A stretch of 64,000 bases of DNA from a bacterium (GTDB lineage Bacteria > JAHJDO01). Made by a program: the position numbers and the translations under genes. Shown in pieces: positions 59,258 to 64,000 of the stretch; position 1 is the first letter of the stretch; the number at the start of each line of letters is the position of its first letter. The notes beneath the pieces were generated by a model that was not told where the DNA came from, did no database searches, and saw only the letters and a list, made by a program, of their open reading frames with translations. The stretch covers positions 22,435 to 86,434 of the forward strand of contig JAHJDO010000033.1 of NCBI GenBank assembly GCA_018812485.1, given 5' to 3'.

Positions 59258-60364
59258 ATGGATAATTGTACAGCGCTTATAATTTTGAATTTACTCCCCG
59301 GCTTGGGGCCAATTGGCATACAAAACTTGATAGATAAACTTGGAGAGCCAGGAGCAATATTAGAAACGTCAGAGAGTGAGTTAAAGAAAATCAGCGGTCT
59401 AAGAAAAAACCTTTTAGAGAGCATAATACATTGGGAAAGAATTGTTGATATAGAGCGGGAATTAGCTTTAATCAAAGAGAAAGGAATAAGAATTATTACA
59501 ATTCTGGATGATGAGTATCCTTTTTATCTAAAGAATATTCATTCTCCGCCAGCAGTGCTCTATATTAAAACCAGTTCTCCTCTTGAGTTTATTCCGTCAA
59601 TAGCTATAGTTGGGACAAGAAAAGCCTCTCCCTACGGCGAAAAGATCACAAAAGAACTGAGTGCAGAGCTTTCCGCGCGGGGTTTTATAATTGTGAGCGG
59701 AATGGCAAGAGGAATAGACTCCATTGCTCACAGGGCAGCTCTCAGCGCAGGAGGCAGGACCATTGCTGTTTTAGGCTGCGGGGTTGACATTGTATATCCA
59801 AAAGAGAATGAGGAACTTGCTGAGCAAATTCAGAAACAGGGAGCTCTGATTTCAGAGTTTGGCATGGGAACCTCTCCGTCAAGAGAGAACTTTCCAAGAA
59901 GAAACAGGATAATTAGCGGACTGTGTCTGGGAGTAATTGTTACTGAGGCCTCAGCCCGCAGTGGATCACTTATTACAACCAGATTTGCTTTAGAACAAGG
60001 CAGGGAGATTTTCTCTGTACCGGGAAAAATCAACGCGCAGAATTCAGAAGGCGTGAATGGATTAATAAAGCATGGAGCGAAACTTGTTCAGAGTGTTGAG
60101 GACATACTTTCGGAACTCCAGCCAGCAATGTACACGAACAAAATAACGCGTAAAAAAATCAGAGAGAATATACCTCTAAAGCCGGCAAATCTATCTCCGG
60201 AGGAAAAGAAGATATATGATACTCTGTCCGATGAACCTGTTCATATAGATGGGATTATGGATAAGACGCAATTCTCAATAGGTACTCTATCGCAGATTCT
60301 CTTGACCTTGGAGCTTAAAAAGATTATAAAGCAAGTTCCGGGTAAAATGTTCATAAGGATATAA
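59258..60364 (+). CDS. dprA: DNA processing protein DprA (Smf)
   Basis: 368 aa; Rossmann-like DprA core IAIVGTRKASPYGEKITKELSAELSARGFIIVSGMARGIDSIAHRAAL...GGRTIAVLGCGVDIVYP. Confidence 0.9.
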   Translation: MDNCTALIILNLLPGLGPIGIQNLIDKLGEPGAILETSESELKKISGLRKNLLESIIHWERIVDIERELALIKEKGIRIITILDDEYPFYLKNIHSPPAVLYIKTSSPLEFIPSIAIVGTRKASPYGEKITKELSAELSARGFIIVSGMARGIDSIAHRAALSAGGRTIAVLGCGVDIVYPKENEELAEQIQKQGALISEFGMGTSPSRENFPRRNRIISGLCLGVIVTEASARSGSLITTRFALEQGREIFSVPGKINAQNSEGVNGLIKHGAKLVQSVEDILSELQPAMYTNKITRKKIRENIPLKPANLSPEEKKIYDTLSDEPVHIDGIMDKTQFSIGTLSQILLTLELKKIIKQVPGKMFIRI

Positions 60365-60367
60365 GGC

Positions 60368-62473
60368 ATGTCTAAATCACTTGTCATTGTTGAATCGCCT
60401 GCAAAGGCAAAAACGATCAACCGATATTTAGGTTCCAATTTTGTCGTAAAAGCATCCATGGGACATATTATAGACTTGCCTGCAAAAGAATTCGGAGTAG
60501 ATATCGAGCATGATTTTAATCCTAAGTATGTTGTCATAAAGGGCAAACAAAAAATCCTTAAGGAACTAGCCGCGCAAGCGCAGAAATCTGATGTAGTCTA
60601 TCTTGCAACTGACCCGGACAGAGAGGGCGAAGCAATATCATGGCATTTAAAAAACTCAATATGCAAGAATAAAAAGGGGTTGCGTGTCCTGCTCCATGAA
60701 ATTACCTCATCTTCAGTAAAGGCTGCTTTTAATAATCCCTCAGATATTAAAATGGATAAAGTAAATGCTCAGCAGGCAAGAAGAATTCTGGACAGGGTTG
60801 TAGGATATAAAATCAGTCCTGTTTTATGGAAAAAAGTGGGAAGAAACTTAAGTGCCGGAAGAGTTCAGTCTGTTGCAGTAAGAATTATAATTGACAGGGA
60901 GAGAGAGATTCAGAAATTCAAGTCCGAAGAGTATTGGGCAATAATAGTAGATCTTAAAACTTCTGCCAGCGAAAATTTGAGAGCAAAGTTATCTAAGCTT
61001 AAGGTTACAAATAAAGCACAGGCAGACAAGATAGCTGAAAATGTTAAAAATGCGGAATTTGTTGTATCTAAGGTAGATACAAAAACTCAGAAAAAACCTG
61101 CTTCTCCTCCATTCATAACAAGCAGACTTCAGCAGGAGGCAAGTTCAAAATTGCACTTTTCATCTACAAGAACCATGAGAATCGCGCAGCAACTCTATGA
61201 AGGGCTGGAAACGGGTGAAGGTACAGCAGGACTGATTACTTATATGCGTACGGATTCTGTGCGTGTATCAGGGGAGGCTATTAATGAGGTAAGAAATTAC
61301 ATAAAAAATAAATATGGAGAGAAGTATCTGCCATCTAAACCTAATTTTTACAAAAGCAAAAAAACAGCGCAAGACGCACATGAAGCAATTCGTCCAACAA
61401 GCGCTTCAAGAGATCCTGAAAAAATCAAAAAATTCCTTACAGATGATCAGTTCAAGCTGTACAAGCTTATATGGAATAAATTTATTGCAAGCCAGATGGC
61501 GCCTGCAGTCGTTCAGTCCACAACAGCAGAAATTAAAGCAGGCGACTATATATTCACTGCTTCAGGATCAACTGTCTTATTTCATGGATATATGGCAATT
61601 CACGGAAATGACACTAAAGAAGACGAGACAAAACTCCCTTTGCTAAAAGAAGGTGATATATTGAAATTGATAAAGCTATTACCTGAACAACATTTCACAA
61701 AGCCGCCTTCCCGATATACAGAAGGCACCTTGATACGCGTATTGGATGAGAAAGGAATAGGAAGACCTTCCACTTATGCGCCGACAATTAATACTATACA
61801 GAACAGAAAATACGTAACAAAGATAAAAGGATTCTTTCATCCTACAAATACCGGAGTACTTACAAATAATTTTTTAATTGAAAAATTCTCTGACATCCTT
61901 GATATAAAGTTTACCGCAGATATGGAATCGCTTCTAGACCTGATTGAAAGCGGCAAAAAAGACTGGCTTGATGTGCTTAAGCAGTTTTATGTGCATTTTG
62001 AAAAGAACCTTACACAAGCTGAAACTCCGGAAAAGACCAATGTGAAATGTGAAAAGTGCGGGAGTCCCATGGTTATTAGATGGAGATTTGGCAGAAAATT
62101 CTACGCATGTAGCGCGTTTCCAAAGTGCAAAGAAACAAAATCTTTTGGAAATGATGATCCATTGATAAAAGACATGCCTACGCAGGAAACCGAATATAAG
62201 TGCGAGAAATGCGGGAGCTCTATGCTGATAAGAACATCCAGAGGCGGGCAATTTCTGGCATGCAGCAGCTATCCTAAATGCAGGAACACAAAGAGTCTTG
62301 ATAAGGACGGAAAGATCGTAGAAAGAAAGCCTCCTGAAGAATCGGATCAGGTTTGCGAAAAGTGCGGAAGCAAAATGCTGATAAAAACAAACCGGCGAGG
62401 ACAAAAATTCTTAGCGTGCAGTGGCTATCCTAAATGCAAAAACGCAAAACCTCTGCCAAAATCAAATAAGTAA
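60368..62473 (+). CDS. topA: DNA topoisomerase I with three C-terminal C4 zinc ribbons
   Basis: 701 aa; TOPRIM N-terminus LVIVESPAKAKTI; catalytic-Tyr region ITYMRTDS; three repeats of CEKCGS-M-I...ACS-YPKC. Confidence 0.95.
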   Translation: MSKSLVIVESPAKAKTINRYLGSNFVVKASMGHIIDLPAKEFGVDIEHDFNPKYVVIKGKQKILKELAAQAQKSDVVYLATDPDREGEAISWHLKNSICKNKKGLRVLLHEITSSSVKAAFNNPSDIKMDKVNAQQARRILDRVVGYKISPVLWKKVGRNLSAGRVQSVAVRIIIDREREIQKFKSEEYWAIIVDLKTSASENLRAKLSKLKVTNKAQADKIAENVKNAEFVVSKVDTKTQKKPASPPFITSRLQQEASSKLHFSSTRTMRIAQQLYEGLETGEGTAGLITYMRTDSVRVSGEAINEVRNYIKNKYGEKYLPSKPNFYKSKKTAQDAHEAIRPTSASRDPEKIKKFLTDDQFKLYKLIWNKFIASQMAPAVVQSTTAEIKAGDYIFTASGSTVLFHGYMAIHGNDTKEDETKLPLLKEGDILKLIKLLPEQHFTKPPSRYTEGTLIRVLDEKGIGRPSTYAPTINTIQNRKYVTKIKGFFHPTNTGVLTNNFLIEKFSDILDIKFTADMESLLDLIESGKKDWLDVLKQFYVHFEKNLTQAETPEKTNVKCEKCGSPMVIRWRFGRKFYACSAFPKCKETKSFGNDDPLIKDMPTQETEYKCEKCGSSMLIRTSRGGQFLACSSYPKCRNTKSLDKDGKIVERKPPEESDQVCEKCGSKMLIKTNRRGQKFLACSGYPKCKNAKPLPKSNK

Positions 62474-62593
62474 GGTTTTATTTCTCCGTTTTTTCTTCCA
62501 TATATTGCTTACAACGTTGGAAGTGAGGGGCTGACAGCGCGTCATCAGTGCTGGTATAGTCCCTCTCCACTGACTTGTTGGGAAAATCAGATA

Positions 62594-63484
62594 CTATTCC
62601 TTGGTTTCTAATTTGTTTTCATAAGTGCGAAACTCTTGGGATTCCAATATGTCCCAAATATATGAAATAGGGACGACCAAAGAAAATTTACCGCCTGTTT
62701 TGTCGGAGAGTGCACTGCTCTGTAAACCCAGCAAGTGTAATTTTTCACCACCCTTCATCTGTTGATTACCAATCGATATTCCAGACATAATATCTTCTAT
62801 ATAAAATACGGGCGCTCCGCTGTATCCTTGAGAAAGTGCTTGGTCAAGGAGGATGAAATGAAGATCAGGTGAGATGCTAGGGTTGTCTATAGATGTTAAT
62901 TTGCTAGCCACCTTAGCCTCCTTTGCAACAGGGCTTAGTTTTTCTAGAACGCCCAAACCCAATGGGAACCCCACAATATATGCCGAGTTAAGCAATATTA
63001 TCTCTGTGGCTTGCTTCGGATAAAGATCTTCGCTTATGGCTAAAATGTCGAAACTATTATTATAAGCTACAGGGTGAACAGATATATCAGCTTTTGGGTG
63101 GTGAAACCAATGTGCTCCCTTTATTATGTTTTCTTGCAATAGCCACTGAAACGTGATGCTCGCACTTTTTCCTTCAGGCAGATTCATAACAATTTCACCT
63201 GTTGGTGAAAGTGATTCTGCAACGTGTTTAGCCGTTACGAGGTAATCTCTTTTTTTATATCTAAGAATAAAACCCGATCCTCCATTAGATTTTATCATCG
63301 GTTTAAAATCTTCAGTGCCAGGGTAACGGAACCACACCTCGGCAAGCTTCCCATCTACCTCCACTTTTTGCTGTGATTGTTGCCGAAGAAAAACAACAGT
63401 TTTGCTCAAATCATCTATCGATATAGCAAAAGAAACAGAGTGAAATAAAAAAACAAAAATACAAGCACTCAATAAACTTCTCAT
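62594..63484 (-). CDS. Secreted trypsin-like serine peptidase (S1 / chymotrypsin fold)
   Basis: ATG at 63484 with RBS GAGGAAA; signal peptide MRSLLSACIFVFLFHSVSFA; His region GSGFIL...YLVTAKHV; Ser region GYSGAPVF. Confidence 0.6.
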   Translation of the reverse strand: MRSLLSACIFVFLFHSVSFAISIDDLSKTVVFLRQQSQQKVEVDGKLAEVWFRYPGTEDFKPMIKSNGGSGFILRYKKRDYLVTAKHVAESLSPTGEIVMNLPEGKSASITFQWLLQENIIKGAHWFHHPKADISVHPVAYNNSFDILAISEDLYPKQATEIILLNSAYIVGFPLGLGVLEKLSPVAKEAKVASKLTSIDNPSISPDLHFILLDQALSQGYSGAPVFYIEDIMSGISIGNQQMKGGEKLHLLGLQSSALSDKTGGKFSLVVPISYIWDILESQEFRTYENKLETKE

Positions 63485-63639
63485 TTTATATTTCCTCTCT
63501 TTAATTTTATGCTTCCTAACATATATCATTGAATAGTTACCTTTATTGTATTCAAGGTAGTGAATAATTTTATATATGTCAAAGGATTTTTATGTGAAAA
63601 TACTGGATTCCTCCGCCAAGTCGGAAAACGCCGAACTTT

Positions 63640-64000
63640 TCAAACCAGAACCCTTTCTTTAGATTCTATCGATTTCAGTTCAGCAGTTACTATTTTTATT
63701 GTATCTCGAGCACTTTTGGGAGTAACTATTTCAGGATTTCTGCCTTTTTCTATACAGTCTGCAAAATACGATAGCTCTTTTTCGTATGCGTCTTTTGTTC
63801 CAGGTTCAGGAATGAAAGGATCTTTGCCTTTTGGATATACTGTAACTTTGGGATTGTTCTTGGAAGAGAAAATAATAGTGCCTTCTTCAAAACATGCTCT
63901 GTAACTCATCTCGAATCCAAATCCTCCAGAGACAACCCAGTTGCAATCCACTGTTACAACAATATCTTTATCGTATAAGTACTGTGTTGACAATATATCA
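63640..64000 (-). CDS. Gfo/Idh/MocA-family oxidoreductase, C-terminal part (gene continues past the window end)
   Basis: C-terminal alpha/beta domain ...GGFGFEMSYRACFEEGTIIFSS...ELSYFADCIEKGRNPEIVTPKSARDTIKIV. The M at 63993 is probably internal. Confidence 0.55.
   Translation of the reverse strand, partial: DILSTQYLYDKDIVVTVDCNWVVSGGFGFEMSYRACFEEGTIIFSSKNNPKVTVYPKGKDPFIPEPGTKDAYEKELSYFADCIEKGRNPEIVTPKSARDTIKIVTAELKSIESKERVLV

Noticed and set aside
62474-62593. Intrinsic terminator between convergent topA and the serine protease gene
   Set aside because: Only weak, imperfect complementarity (GTGAGGGG...CCCTCTCCAC) and no U-run. Not convincing enough to annotate.
63560-63904. 114-aa plus-strand ORF
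   Set aside because: Antisense to the Gfo/Idh/MocA C-terminal domain that runs off the window. No independent support.
1-64000. CRISPR arrays, rRNA/tRNA genes, IS elements/transposases/integrases
   Set aside because: No regularly spaced short repeats and no tRNA-like GTTCRANYC arms outside the riboswitch. No transposase/integrase-like ORFs were seen. The Fic locus was not called a mobile element because no att-like repeats or integrase flank it.

Overview
This is a gene-dense chromosomal segment from an AT-rich bacterium, by eye about 35-40% GC. Strong GGAGG-type ribosome-binding sites are common. The gene content (an H-X9-DG prepilin-like DUF1559 protein, an outer-membrane secretin, pilin-like proteins, and many glycoside hydrolases and glycosyltransferases) suggests a member or relative of the PVC superphylum (Planctomycetes-Verrucomicrobia-Chlamydiae group); this is inference only. 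Many adjacent same-strand genes overlap by 4-30 nt, which suggests translational coupling. Contents, left to right: (1) a housekeeping block with gdh (partial), ruvB, a small secreted protein, a secretin and gltX. (2) Two small genes (a cupin and an unknown), each preceded by a near-identical ~57-bp element. (3) A CIRCE-controlled hrcA-grpE-dnaK-dnaJ heat-shock operon. (4) A 20-kb, 13-gene, minus-strand carbohydrate-utilisation cluster. It contains araD, araB, a GH78 rhamnosidase, a Gfo/Idh/MocA oxidoreductase, a GH38 mannosidase, a URO-D-family protein, a 1275-aa secreted LamG-domain protein of unknown function, a TIM-barrel sugar isomerase, an FAD oxidoreductase, a DUF1559 pilin-like protein, a LacI regulator, a second unknown protein loosely resembling the URO-D family, and a GH4 glycosidase, with a divergent AraC regulator. 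(5) GT9 heptosyltransferase, a lipoprotein, yjbQ and a uvrD/pcrA helicase. (6) A surface-polysaccharide / LPS-core-like cluster: four GT4-type genes, two GT9 genes, a CE4 deacetylase, an O-antigen-ligase-like protein, an AsmA-like protein and FxsA. Embedded in it are a PilZ protein, a PTS-EIIA(Ntr)-PilZ fusion and a triple-PAS LuxR regulator. (7) A thi4-thiC-thiL thiamine operon behind a TPP riboswitch. (8) leuS, a class-II Fic protein, dprA, topA, a trypsin-like protease and a partial oxidoreductase. No rRNA, tRNA, CRISPR array or transposase was recognised. The best candidates for something undescribed are the 1275-aa LamG protein and the unusual URO-D-family gene (plus a possible second, weaker one) inside the glycan-degradation operon, the EIIA(Ntr)-PilZ fusion in the polysaccharide cluster, and the duplicated 57-bp leader element.
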